Virus record (IMG/VR): IMGVR_UViG_3300012942_000041
Location: 18,480 to 82,479 of that record
Length of the DNA: 64,000 bases
Reading direction: 5' to 3' (one strand)
From: a virus
Taxonomy: Duplodnaviria; Caudoviricetes
Under the pieces are notes generated by a model that was given only the letters and a program-made list of their open reading frames with translations, did no database searches and was not told where the DNA came from. Positions 44,262 through 52,885 of this stretch are shown piece after piece. The position numbers and the translations under genes are program-made. The stretch's first letter is position 1. The number at the start of each line of letters is the position of its first letter.

Positions 44262-44990
44262 TCAGTCCTGGTCGGCGGACTGCTCCCGCTTGCGAGCCTT
44301 GTAAGCGCGGCCTTTGGCCAGAGCACAGGCGCGGCAGCTGCGCCAGCCTCTGCGGTCACGCTTGGTGTTCTCCTCGTCGAACGGATGACCGTTGACGCAG
44401 TGGGTTCGGTCCTGCGGCAGAGGGAGTACCTCGCGCCCGAGCGCCGCAGCCGCTTCACGTACACGCCGTCTGTCGCCTTCACGGCGACACTCCCGACACG
44501 CCCGGCCGCCTTCCTTCCGCATGTGCAGCGCGTCACCCACGAGCGGATGCCCGTTGACACAGGCAGTCCGGGCGGCGTGCACCGCAGCGAAAGAGAGACT
44601 GGACAGGACGTTGTCCCGGGGACTGAGCAACCGCAGGTGAGCCGGGTTCACGCAGCGGCGATGCTCGCACGTCTTGCCGCCTTTGCAGGTGTTGTCCGCG
44701 ATGGCCCTCGTGTGGCATTCGTGGTCAACGTGCATGTCGTCGGGGATGGGGCCGTTGAAGATCATGAAGGCCAAGCGGTGGGCTTTGACTGTGCGCTGAC
44801 GGACCTTGGTGACCGGGTAACCACTCTCGTCCGTGGCCGCCGTCCAGAGCCAGCACCCAGCTGAGCTGACGCTGATCTTGGCGACGAAGCGCGCCATGAC
44901 CTCTGCGGTGGCGACACGCAACGTGCCATCTCGGAGGGCGAATTCCACGGGCTGCCAGTCCTGCAGGAAGTCTTGAGGCAATGGGTTCAC
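44262..44990 (-). CDS. HNH endonuclease
   Basis: CWLW...AHR...VDHEC...CVNPAHL...N; two C.NGHP...CR.C Zn modules. Confidence 0.85.
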   Translation of the reverse strand: MNPLPQDFLQDWQPVEFALRDGTLRVATAEVMARFVAKISVSSAGCWLWTAATDESGYPVTKVRQRTVKAHRLAFMIFNGPIPDDMHVDHECHTRAIADNTCKGGKTCEHRRCVNPAHLRLLSPRDNVLSSLSFAAVHAARTACVNGHPLVGDALHMRKEGGRACRECRREGDRRRVREAAAALGREVLPLPQDRTHCVNGHPFDEENTKRDRRGWRSCRACALAKGRAYKARKREQSADQD

Positions 44991-45013
44991 GGATGGTCCT
45001 TGTCGGAGCAGTT

Positions 45014-45364
45014 TCAGGCGGCGGTGGCGAAGATGCGGGCGGCGGCGGAGTGGTAGCAGCGCCGGCCCTTGAGCCCGGCCGGGCAGGAGCACTGGCCGGT
45101 GGCGGCGGTGCGGTGGACGGACAGGCCGTCGGTGGAGACGACCAGGAAGACCCGGTTGCTGCGCAGGGGGAGGATCCCGCCGTCCTCGATCAGTTCGCGG
45201 GCGGCGTCGATCTGCTCGGGCTTGAAGCCGGTGAGGTCGGTGGCGTGTTCGGCGTTGCGGACGATGCGGCGGCAGTGGGTGCCGTAGCCGGTCTTGCGGG
45301 AGTCGGCGGAGCGGAGGACGCGACCGCAGCGGAGGCAGTGGGTGTGGGTTGCGGTGGCGTTCAT
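45014..45364 (-). CDS. DUF6011 + SWIM Zn-finger protein
   Basis: CLRCGR.L...S...GYG..C; CSCPAG...CYH. Confidence 0.75.
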   Translation of the reverse strand: MNATATHTHCLRCGRVLRSADSRKTGYGTHCRRIVRNAEHATDLTGFKPEQIDAARELIEDGGILPLRSNRVFLVVSTDGLSVHRTAATGQCSCPAGLKGRRCYHSAAARIFATAA

Positions 45365-45386
45365 TCTGGGCTCCCCCCGTTCCTCG

Positions 45387-45518
45387 GGTGTATCTCCACC
45401 CGACGTATCCAAGGTAGACCTGGTGTATCTCCACCGCAAGCGTTTCGGCAAAGAATCTTGTATCTACACCCGCCCACTTCCCCCATTGCCTGGTGGAGAT
45501 ACGCCCCGCTACCTTGGA
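45387..45518. promoter_or_regulatory. Divergent twin promoters with four operator-like repeats
   Basis: GGTGTATCTCCACC at 45387 and 45422, CTTGTATCTACACC at 45457, GGTGGAGATACGCC (inverted) at 45492; TTGCCT-N18-TACCTT (+) and TTGCGG-N17-TACCTT (-). Confidence 0.8.
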
Positions 45519-45521
45519 GCC

Positions 45522-45758
45522 ATGCCCAACCATCCAAAGACCAAGGCCAAGGCCATCCGCATCCCCCCCGAACTCTGGGAAGCGGTAGGACAAGCGGCTG
45601 CGGCCCAAGGCGGCACCGACCGATCCGCACTGGTCCGAGACTTCTTCGTCTGGTACACCCGCCGCCCCGGAGCCAAGGCACCCAAGCGACCGGACGCCGG
45701 ACCCTGGTCCGACCCAGCCAACGACCGCGTCCCCGAAGAACCGCCCACCGCCACCTGA
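45522..45758 (+). CDS. Ribbon-helix-helix regulator
   Basis: KTKAKAIRIPPELWEA...AA...DRSALVRDFF.WY. Confidence 0.75.
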   Translation: MPNHPKTKAKAIRIPPELWEAVGQAAAAQGGTDRSALVRDFFVWYTRRPGAKAPKRPDAGPWSDPANDRVPEEPPTAT

Positions 45759-45817
45759 CCGCCCGCTCCGCCCCGCAGCCGGCCGCACCGTGCGGGCCGG
45801 CGCTTCGCCATGCCCGC

Positions 45818-46153
45818 TCACCGACCCGTCTCCGCCCCGCACGCCAGACACGCAAACCCGGTCGGCGGAAACCCGTGACACCGCGAGCAGCGCGGCACGG
45901 CCTCCCCGAGCAACTCCAGCAACGGCACCCGCAGCACACGCGACACCGCCAACACCAGGTCGATGCTCGCGGCCTGACGACGACCCACCTCGAACTCGGC
46001 CCACGTGTTCCGCGACATCGGATACCCCGCCCGCGTCAACGACCGCGCGAACATCTCCTGCGACACCCCGGACGCCTGACGCGCCGCCCGCGCCCGCAAC
46101 ACCACCCGCCGCGTGGTCCCCTCCTGCACGACCGCGGCGACGCGGGGGCTCAC
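45818..46153 (-). CDS. XRE-family HTH protein with Zn ribbon
   Basis: R..SGVSQE.FA..L...G..MSR.T...FE.GRR; CSRC..CLAC. Confidence 0.7.
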   Translation of the reverse strand: MSPRVAAVVQEGTTRRVVLRARAARQASGVSQEMFARSLTRAGYPMSRNTWAEFEVGRRQAASIDLVLAVSRVLRVPLLELLGEAVPRCSRCHGFPPTGFACLACGAETGR

Positions 46154-46635
46154 TGCCACATCCCGAACCGGTGGACGTCCAGCCCGGCCCGCTCGGCGCG
46201 GCGCGCGCAGTCCGCGGTCCCGCCGCCCGGCTGCAGGTGGAACGCCAACACCCGCACCCAACCCCCAGCGGCCGCGTGAGCAGCCGCCTGGTCGACCATC
46301 ACCTGATTCCGACGCGGCCCAGCGGTCGGGCAGAACGACGAGCCGTCCACGCGCGTCCGCCGATGCCCGGGCCGGCACTCCGGCGCGCACAGCCCGGCCC
46401 AATCCGCCGGAACCCCCCGCACCGCGACGCCCTCGTGGGCGTGCCGGCGCGCCCACGTGTCGGCGAGGCGATCCGCGCCCGACGCCCCGCCATGCAGCAC
46501 CAGCAGCCAGGCGCAGCCGGCCGCAACCGCCGCGGTGCGGGCTTCGGCGAGGCGGCGTTCGATCTCCGGGCGGTCCGACCAGGCGCGGGAGCCGGTCACG
46601 AGCACCAGGCCCAGCCGGGGATCCTCGCGCGTCAC
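46150..46635 (-). CDS. SLOG-superfamily (DUF2493/YspA-like) protein
   Basis: VLVTGSR.W...LHGGA.GAD..A...AGP.RN..MV...GT..C. Confidence 0.8.
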   Translation of the reverse strand: MTREDPRLGLVLVTGSRAWSDRPEIERRLAEARTAAVAAGCAWLLVLHGGASGADRLADTWARRHAHEGVAVRGVPADWAGLCAPECRPGHRRTRVDGSSFCPTAGPRRNQVMVDQAAAHAAAGGWVRVLAFHLQPGGGTADCARRAERAGLDVHRFGMWQ

Positions 46636-46844
46636 CGGGCCGCCCCCTCGGCCTTGCGGCGGCGGTGCTCCGACTCCCGCTTGCACACCAGGCAATCCCG
46701 CTCCACCGTCACCCGCCCGCCCCGCACACGACGGCGCCACCTGGTCGTCTCCACGCGCCACGGGTGCCCGTTGCCGCACTCGGTGCGGGACCGTGCCGCG
46801 GCCTGCTTGAGGACGCCACCGGGGAGGCGCCGGGAGGCGGTCAT
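46632..46844 (-). CDS. Small C.NGH Zn-finger protein
   Basis: CGNGHP...CLVC. Confidence 0.55.
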   Translation of the reverse strand: MTASRRLPGGVLKQAAARSRTECGNGHPWRVETTRWRRRVRGGRVTVERDCLVCKRESEHRRRKAEGAAR

Positions 46845-47041
46845 CGGGCCGCGCCCATCTGGATCGCGGCGAGGTGCACGGCGTCGCGCAGGGACAGGCC
46901 GGGGCTGTCCGGGTCGGCGGTGGCGCCGTCGCGGAGCTGTTCGGCGCGTGCGACGAGTTCGGCGGCGACCGCGCGCTGCTCGTCGGTCAGGGAGGCCCAT
47001 CGGGGGCGCTGGCCGGGGGTGCTGTGTTCGGGGTGAGTCAT
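46841..47041 (-). CDS. Hypothetical protein
   Basis: GAGG RBS. Confidence 0.5.
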   Translation of the reverse strand: MTHPEHSTPGQRPRWASLTDEQRAVAAELVARAEQLRDGATADPDSPGLSLRDAVHLAAIQMGAAR

Positions 47042-47182
47042 TCGTGCCTCGTTTCGGTGCGCTGGTGGGGTGTCAGCGGGCTGTCGTGGGTTCGTTGGGG
47101 CGATGGGAAGGGGGAGGGGGGGAAACGGCGCATTTAGTGAACCCGCCGGTAGCTTCCGGGTGGGGGTGCGGCTGCCGGTCAG

Positions 47183-47560
47183 TCACGCACTGCTCGCCGG
47201 ACTCTCGGGCCCCCACACGCCCGCCGCCCTCGCCTGCGCCACCAACACCGACACCGTCACCCCGCCCCAGTCCCGGCGGAGCTTGAGCACCCGGGTGCGG
47301 ACCTGGTCGACGGTCAAGCCGGTGCGTGCGGCGATCGTCAACGGCCCGAACCCGTCCACCAACAGCTCCAGCACGTCCCGCAACTCCCCGGCCTGGTTCG
47401 GGATCGCCGGATCGGCCGGCCGCGGCTTCGGCAGCGCCCGGCGCGCGGCCCGCGCCAAGGCGTCGACCTGACGGCCGCTCACCGGGATCTTGTGCTGGTC
47501 GGCGGCTTGGTACAGGGCGGCGCGGATCCGAAGCTCAACCGGATCGGGGGTGGTGCTCAT
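47183..47560 (-). CDS. LuxR-like HTH protein
   Basis: VLELLVDG...TIAARTGLT..QVRT....L. Confidence 0.6.
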   Translation of the reverse strand: MSTTPDPVELRIRAALYQAADQHKIPVSGRQVDALARAARRALPKPRPADPAIPNQAGELRDVLELLVDGFGPLTIAARTGLTVDQVRTRVLKLRRDWGGVTVSVLVAQARAAGVWGPESPASSA

Positions 47561-47665
47561 GGGGGTTCTCCTGGGGGCTGGCGGCTGTTGTCGTGGGGCG
47601 GCGGCTTGTTGACGGCGTGTCTCACAGGCGGCGGGTTGGGGCGGTTGCCCGAGTGGGCGGCGGGT

Positions 47666-47848
47666 TCACCGCCCTACGGCCTCGTCGGCGGCCCGGTACC
47701 TGGCGGGGTGCGGCGCCTTGAGGACGCGTCCGCGCGGGCTGGTGCACGGCTGGCGGGGCGGTGCCTGGCACCAGGGGCAGGGGACGGCCAACGCCGGGTT
47801 GCGGGGGGTTGGGCCGGCCCCGGTGCGCGGGTCGTTGGGTGTGGGCAT
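47666..47848 (-). CDS. Small Zn-finger protein
   Basis: LAVPCPWC.A.P..PC...HPAR. Confidence 0.6.
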   Translation of the reverse strand: MPTPNDPRTGAGPTPRNPALAVPCPWCQAPPRQPCTSPRGRVLKAPHPARYRAADEAVGR

Positions 47849-47863
47849 GGGGGTGCTCCGGGG

Positions 47864-48652
47864 TTAGCGGGCGGCGCGGCGGGGGCGGTTGGCGCGGGCA
47901 TGGCGGAACGCGTCGATGCCGGTGAGGTTGTCCGGCTCGGTGGTGTTCGCGGCGGCGGTGTCTCTCTCGGTGTGGTCTTCGCGCGGGAGCGCACGCACGT
48001 CCTGTGGTTGACCGCCGGCATCAGCCAGTTCTTGGAGAGTGTCTTGGTTAAACCCTGGTACGTGTGGGGGACGTTCCCCCACGGTTTGGGGGGGTGACCC
48101 TGGGGGACGTCCCCCCACGGTGGGTGGGGGGTACGTCCCCCACGGTTCCTTTTCGTAAGTGCCCTCGACCGTGGGGGACGTTCCCCCGCGGTTGGTGTTT
48201 CGGACCGTGGGGGACGTTCCCCCCTGGTTTGGGTCGGTCCAGGGGGCGGGGCGGCGCCGCTTCGACGCCTGCAGTGACCGCACCGCGGCGGCCCAATCCG
48301 GGTCGGGGGAGACGAGGATGACGTACTCGATCGGGGCGCCCTTGCGGGGAGTCTCGTAGATGGCGACGACTCCGGCGGCGATCGCGGCGTGGATGTACCG
48401 GCGGACGTCCTTGACGTCGGCGCGGACAGCGGAGGCGACCGCGGACACCCGGATCAACTTCCCGCCCCGGCCGCCGAACCGCAGCCTGCCGTCTTTCCTC
48501 GCGGCCGAGGCGAGGGCGTAGAGCACGGTGATGAACCCCGCGGGCAGAGCCCGGGGCATGGCGGGGGCCCACTGCCAGAACAGGGCGTTGCGGAACGCCT
48601 GCGGGACGCCTCCGGCGCGCTGGTCGTCCTGCTCGACATCGCTAGTGCTCAC
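47864..48652 (-). CDS. Second replication-initiator-like wHTH protein
   Basis: N-terminal wHTH-like region; internal GGTSPTV repeats encoded by palindromic DNA repeats. Confidence 0.6.
   Translation of the reverse strand: MSTSDVEQDDQRAGGVPQAFRNALFWQWAPAMPRALPAGFITVLYALASAARKDGRLRFGGRGGKLIRVSAVASAVRADVKDVRRYIHAAIAAGVVAIYETPRKGAPIEYVILVSPDPDWAAAVRSLQASKRRRPAPWTDPNQGGTSPTVRNTNRGGTSPTVEGTYEKEPWGTYPPPTVGGRPPGSPPQTVGERPPHVPGFNQDTLQELADAGGQPQDVRALPREDHTERDTAAANTTEPDNLTGIDAFRHARANRPRRAAR
48066..48223. repeat. Five quasi-palindromic GGGGGACGT(T/C/A)CCCCC repeats (candidate iterons)
   Basis: Copies at 48066, 48102, 48127 (inverted), 48173, 48209. Confidence 0.85.
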
Positions 48653-48730
48653 ATGCCCTCGGTCTCGAACGCTGTACAGGGGTAAGGGGGGACGCCGGGC
48701 CGGCGGAGGAACCGGCCCGGCGAATGGGTG

Positions 48731-49585
48731 CTACTTCGGCTCGGGGTACTGCTCGGGGTTGGCGCCGCCGCTCTTGAACTGAAGGAGGCGGACGGGGCGG
48801 CCCTCGCGGTACGCATTCCAGGCCTTGATGATCAGCGCGATGGTGTAGGGCTCGCTGGTGCTGCGGGCCTTGTCCTTTGCGTTGAGTTCGGCGCTGCGGC
48901 GCAGCGCGTACACGGCGTCGTCGGTCTGCAGTCCGGCGCCGTCGATGAGCCGGGCGAAGAAGAACGCGGTGTCGCCCTGGTCGATCCGGCTGAACAGCCA
49001 GTGGCACAGGGCGGTGCAGCCCGACGGCATCGGCAGGGCGTTGCGGACACGGACACCGATCTCTGCGGAGCGCCGGATCTCCGGCTGGTCCTGGAGGAGC
49101 TGCAGGAGCTGCCGGTGGGTCGGGCGCACGTCCGGGCTGTTGCCGCGGCCGATGGAGCGCCGGGCGCCGTTCTGCCACTGGTGGACCCGCAGCAGAGCGG
49201 AGGCGAGCGCCACGTAGTTGGCTTCGCCGCGGAGCTTGAGGACGTCGGCCATGGTGCGCTTCGCCCCGGTGTCCATGGTGTCCTGGGTGGAGTCGGGCAG
49301 GCCTCGGACAACGAGCATGCGGATGGTGACGCCGGCCTTGGCGATGGCGGCGAGGCGGTGCTGCCCGTCCAGGAGAACCCCGTCGGTGGAGAACTTGATG
49401 GACTGCCCGTCTTCGACCCAGGCTCCGGCGGCCATGTCGGTGGCGTAGCTGCCCACGACGCGCTGCCGCAGGTTGCGGTTGTGGGTATTGCTGCGCAGCC
49501 ACTCGGTGGCGAGCTCGGGGGTGATGTCGACGAGCTGGTAGTCGGGGCCGTCGGGCAGGGTGCCCTGTACGGTGTTGTTGGTCAT
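48731..49585 (-). CDS. ParB-like (DGQHR) protein
   Basis: ITPELA.EWL..N..NR...YA.DM..G.W...LLDGQHRL.AI. Confidence 0.75.
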   Translation of the reverse strand: MTNNTVQGTLPDGPDYQLVDITPELATEWLRSNTHNRNLRQRVVGSYATDMAAGAWVEDGQSIKFSTDGVLLDGQHRLAAIAKAGVTIRMLVVRGLPDSTQDTMDTGAKRTMADVLKLRGEANYVALASALLRVHQWQNGARRSIGRGNSPDVRPTHRQLLQLLQDQPEIRRSAEIGVRVRNALPMPSGCTALCHWLFSRIDQGDTAFFFARLIDGAGLQTDDAVYALRRSAELNAKDKARSTSEPYTIALIIKAWNAYREGRPVRLLQFKSGGANPEQYPEPK

Positions 49586-50490
49586 GACTGCTCCTGGTTG
49601 AGGGAGTTGGCGACGTCGGTGAGGGCGTCGCAGGTCTTGTGGAGGCTCGTCGCCCACCAGCGGCGGGCCTCCTCGCTTTCGGTGCTGCTGCCGAGGTCCA
49701 TGTCGCGGATCAGGGCAGTGGTGTGCTCCAGCGCGGTGATCAGCGCGGGCATCTGGTGGTGGGTGTGGGCCCGGTTGCGGGTGAACCGGTCGTCTTGGCG
49801 GAGCCGGTCGAGGCGTTCGCTGGTCTTCGCCAGGTCCAGGGCGGTCTCCGCGAACGCCTCGGGCAGCGGGCGCCGCTTCGGCTTCGCAGGTTGGGGCGGC
49901 GGGGTGACGGCGTCCTCGAAGCCGGGGCCTTCGGGCTGCACCCAGTCCGCGCCGGCGATCAGGTCGGCGTCGTCGGGGGCGGCTGTGCGGGGCCGTGTGG
50001 CGGGCTGCTGGCGGCCGAGGGTGTCGGTGATGGTGCCGGGGAGGTCGACGTGTCCGGATCCGGACACATCCCTGAGGTCGTCGGCGACCGTCGACTTCGG
50101 GACGCCGATGGTCTGCGCGATCTTCCGTACCGGCATGCCGTCGCCGCGGAGCTTCGCCACGAGGTCGCGGCGCTGGTCGCGGGTGAGGTTGCGGCGGTGC
50201 ACGTTCACAGCGATCGCGTGCGCGCGCTTTTCGTCGCCGCTCAGGCCGGTGAGGATCCGGCGGGGGCATTCGATGCCGAGGTCCGCGGTGATCCATGCGC
50301 GGGGGTGGCCGTCGAGGATCGTGCCGTTCTCGTCGGTGTCGATGGGGACACGGACGCCGTTGGCGGCGATGTCGGCCTTCAACGCCTCGTACTCGTCGTC
50401 GCTGAGACGGGGCAGGAGCTGGTACGGCGTCGGTGACGTCGTGCCAGCCGCCGGAGGGGCGTCAACTGGCGGGGTTCCGCTGGGGGTCAC
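49582..50490 (-). CDS. ParB-N + HTH protein
   Basis: LS.DEYEALKADIA.NGV.VPI...ILDGHPR; N.HRRNLT; HTH RKIAQTIGVPKSTV. Confidence 0.75.
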   Translation of the reverse strand: MTPSGTPPVDAPPAAGTTSPTPYQLLPRLSDDEYEALKADIAANGVRVPIDTDENGTILDGHPRAWITADLGIECPRRILTGLSGDEKRAHAIAVNVHRRNLTRDQRRDLVAKLRGDGMPVRKIAQTIGVPKSTVADDLRDVSGSGHVDLPGTITDTLGRQQPATRPRTAAPDDADLIAGADWVQPEGPGFEDAVTPPPQPAKPKRRPLPEAFAETALDLAKTSERLDRLRQDDRFTRNRAHTHHQMPALITALEHTTALIRDMDLGSSTESEEARRWWATSLHKTCDALTDVANSLNQEQS

Positions 50491-50675
50491 CGGGTCCGTC
50501 CTTTCTGGTAGCGGTGGATGGTGGTGGTCTGTTCGAGCTCGGCGGCTTCCTCGGCGCAGGTCTTGTGCGCGGGGAGGCGTTCGTTGTCGCGGAGCCAGGT
50601 GGGTTGGTGGCAGTGTCGGCAGGGTGCTTCGGTGCGTCCCCAGTGCGCGGCGTTGCCCCAGTTGAGGAGGTTCAT
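50487..50675 (-). CDS. Small Zn-finger protein
   Basis: PCRHC..PT.LR.....AHKTCAE. Confidence 0.6.
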   Translation of the reverse strand: MNLLNWGNAAHWGRTEAPCRHCHQPTWLRDNERLPAHKTCAEEAAELEQTTTIHRYQKGRTR

Positions 50676-50869
50676 AACGGGGCGCCGATGCGGCGTAGGT
50701 CCGCGCGAACCCGGTCGAGGGCAGGTCGCTTCGGGGATTGCGCGACCGTGACCGCCCGGCCGGTGTGCCGGTTGGTGACGCGCCAGTGGCCGGTGGGGGA
50801 CCGTTTCACCTCGAACCCCGCGTTCGGGAGCCGCTTGAGGAGCTGCTGGACGTCCTTCCGGTTGCCCAT
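50672..50869 (-). CDS. HicA-like small protein
   Basis: KDV.QL.K.L...GFEV.R...GHWRV...T...SP......RADLRR.G. Confidence 0.65.
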   Translation of the reverse strand: MGNRKDVQQLLKRLPNAGFEVKRSPTGHWRVTNRHTGRAVTVAQSPKRPALDRVRADLRRIGAPL

Positions 50870-51648
50870 CACGCGACCGCTTTCGTCCAGCCGTTGGCGG
50901 TGCGCCAGCGGACGATGGTGCGGCCGGAGACGCCGAGCTGCGCGCCGATCTGCTCGGCGGAGTCGCCGCGTTCGGTCATGAGACGGGCCGCCTCCATCTG
51001 CTCCGCCCGGGTCAACTCGGCGGACTTGCCGTTGAGGACCCGCTGCAGCGCGATCTGGTCGATCAACTCCGGTTCCGGCTCCGGGTCCGGGGCGTCCAGG
51101 TCGTCGGGATGCCACTCCTCCGGTCGCCGCCACCCCTCCCGCTTGGCCCGGTTGATGTTCCGGGTGGACGGGCCGGTGCTGTCCTTGAGCGCCTGGTAGG
51201 CGCGGCCGACGGCTTCGGCGGTGGCGAACTGGACGACGTCCGGGACAGCGCTGGCGAGGTCCTTGATGACGCTCTTGTCGAGGCAGGCGAGTTCGGCGAT
51301 GCGGATGCTCTGGTGCCCAGCCGCGTACAGGGCCCGGACCCTGCGGGTCGATCCGAGGGCCGGCACTCGGCGCGCGGGGGTGAGGACGTCGGTGAGCTTC
51401 ACGGCGAGGATCCGCTGGGAGACGTCGCGGAGGATCCGGGTGCGGTGGCCTTCGACGATCTCGTAGATGGTGCAGCGCGAGCAGCCGGTCGCGGCGCGGA
51501 GCTCGTTCCAGCCGGCGCCGCGGTTGAACAGGTTCCGCAGGTGCGTTCGGGCGGGCCCGGGGTCGACGTAGTAGGTGAGGCCGATGGAGTTGAGGTAGAT
51601 GCGGCGCTTGGCCCCGCTGTAGCGGAGGGGCTCGGTGGTGGTGGTCAT
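50869..51648 (-). CDS. Multi-HTH DNA-binding protein
   Basis: PAR.HL..L..., GSTRRVRAL...GH, C-terminal HTH. Confidence 0.65.
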   Translation of the reverse strand: MTTTTEPLRYSGAKRRIYLNSIGLTYYVDPGPARTHLRNLFNRGAGWNELRAATGCSRCTIYEIVEGHRTRILRDVSQRILAVKLTDVLTPARRVPALGSTRRVRALYAAGHQSIRIAELACLDKSVIKDLASAVPDVVQFATAEAVGRAYQALKDSTGPSTRNINRAKREGWRRPEEWHPDDLDAPDPEPEPELIDQIALQRVLNGKSAELTRAEQMEAARLMTERGDSAEQIGAQLGVSGRTIVRWRTANGWTKAVA

Positions 51649-52349
51649 GCTGCGGCTCCTTTCGCGGGTGCGGCTGCCTGGCAGCGGGGGCAGACGGGTG
51701 TGCCTTGCTCGTGGTGGGCTTGGGCGCCGCGGCGGGTGCCGCAGTGCCCGGTCCAGTCGGGTTGCGCGCCTGGGTCGTCGATCGTGTCGTCGTCCCAGGC
51801 GCCGACGGGCGCCCAGCCGGAGCGGAGGGCGTGGTTGCGGGCGCGGGAGCGGGCCTGCGCGTCGATGCCGTGGTCGGCGGGGGCGGCGCGCCAGAGTTCG
51901 TCGTAGAGGGCGCGGACGGCGCGGGCCTTGGCGACGGTGACCTGCGGGCTCTGGAGCAGGTTGCGGACCGTGGCGTCGGTCGTTCCGAGGCGGGCCGCGA
52001 GGTGGTGCTGGGGCCAGCTCGCGACCATCAGTGCTTGGAGGCGGCGGCGGGTGCCCGTGGCGTCGATGCTGCTCTGGGCGGGCAGCCGGTCCGCGCGGAT
52101 CTGGGTCTGGAGGATCCGCGCGGCGATGTCGCGGTGGACCGTGGGCCGGCCGTTGGCGAGGTCGTCTATCTCGCTGCGGGAGCAGCCGGTCGCGGCGGCG
52201 ATCTGAGTGCGGCTGTACCCCTCCGCGATCAACTGCCGGACGAGGTCGGCGGCGGGCCCTGCGGGAACGCGTCGGGGGCCGTTGCGTTCGCGGTCGACGC
52301 GGTACTGCTTGCAGTACCGCCGGTTGCCTTCCGGCGTGTGGCGGCTCAC
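51645..52349 (-). CDS. Multi-HTH DNA-binding protein (paralog of 50869)
   Basis: GTRRRLQAL...W; WAP..AWDDD.IDDP. Confidence 0.65.
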   Translation of the reverse strand: MSRHTPEGNRRYCKQYRVDRERNGPRRVPAGPAADLVRQLIAEGYSRTQIAAATGCSRSEIDDLANGRPTVHRDIAARILQTQIRADRLPAQSSIDATGTRRRLQALMVASWPQHHLAARLGTTDATVRNLLQSPQVTVAKARAVRALYDELWRAAPADHGIDAQARSRARNHALRSGWAPVGAWDDDTIDDPGAQPDWTGHCGTRRGAQAHHEQGTPVCPRCQAAAPAKGAAA

Positions 52350-52885
52350 GTGGTCCTCCAGATGCGGATGTGGGCGCCGGGCCCGTCGAGGGCCTGCGGG
52401 TGCTCGCCGGGGTAGACCTTGCGGATGGTCAGCTCGACGACCTGCGAGTCGTCGCCGAACACGCCGGCTGCGGAGAGGGAATCGAGGACAGCGCGGGCGT
52501 GGTGGTCGATGTCTGTGCTGAAGCGGGTGATCGGCCAGGTGCGGCGGGTCTTCGGCGCGGACTTCGGCTTGGGCACGGTGAGGGTGATGTCCGCGGCGAC
52601 GGGCACGCCGACGAGGAGCGCGTGCTCCCTCTTCGGGGTGCGGCAGACCGCGCACTCGCTCAGGGCGCCCCACTCGATGTACTGGTGCCGGCCGGTGGCC
52701 TTGAGGGCGGCGTCGATGATCGCTTGCCGCCAGGGCTTGAGGGTCTTCTGGTTGGTGTGGATGGCGGGGCGTCCGCGGCCGAGGAACGACACCTGGCCCT
52801 GGCCGGCGGGTGTGCCGTGGACGGTGAAGTCGAGGTCGGGGGTGCCCGCCCCGGCCTGTGCCGGGGCAGGGAGGGGGGCGGTCAC
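52346..52885 (-). CDS. rusA: RusA-like Holliday junction resolvase
   Basis: V.G.P..QG...KPWR...DID...RAVLDSL...GVF.DDSQVV. Confidence 0.8.
   Translation of the reverse strand: MTAPLPAPAQAGAGTPDLDFTVHGTPAGQGQVSFLGRGRPAIHTNQKTLKPWRQAIIDAALKATGRHQYIEWGALSECAVCRTPKREHALLVGVPVAADITLTVPKPKSAPKTRRTWPITRFSTDIDHHARAVLDSLSAAGVFGDDSQVVELTIRKVYPGEHPQALDGPGAHIRIWRTT

Noticed and set aside
48066-48223. Palindromic repeats with spacers as a mini-CRISPR array
   Set aside because: Repeats are only 15 bp, spacing is irregular (25-46), one copy is inverted, they lie inside an ORF, and there are no cas genes.
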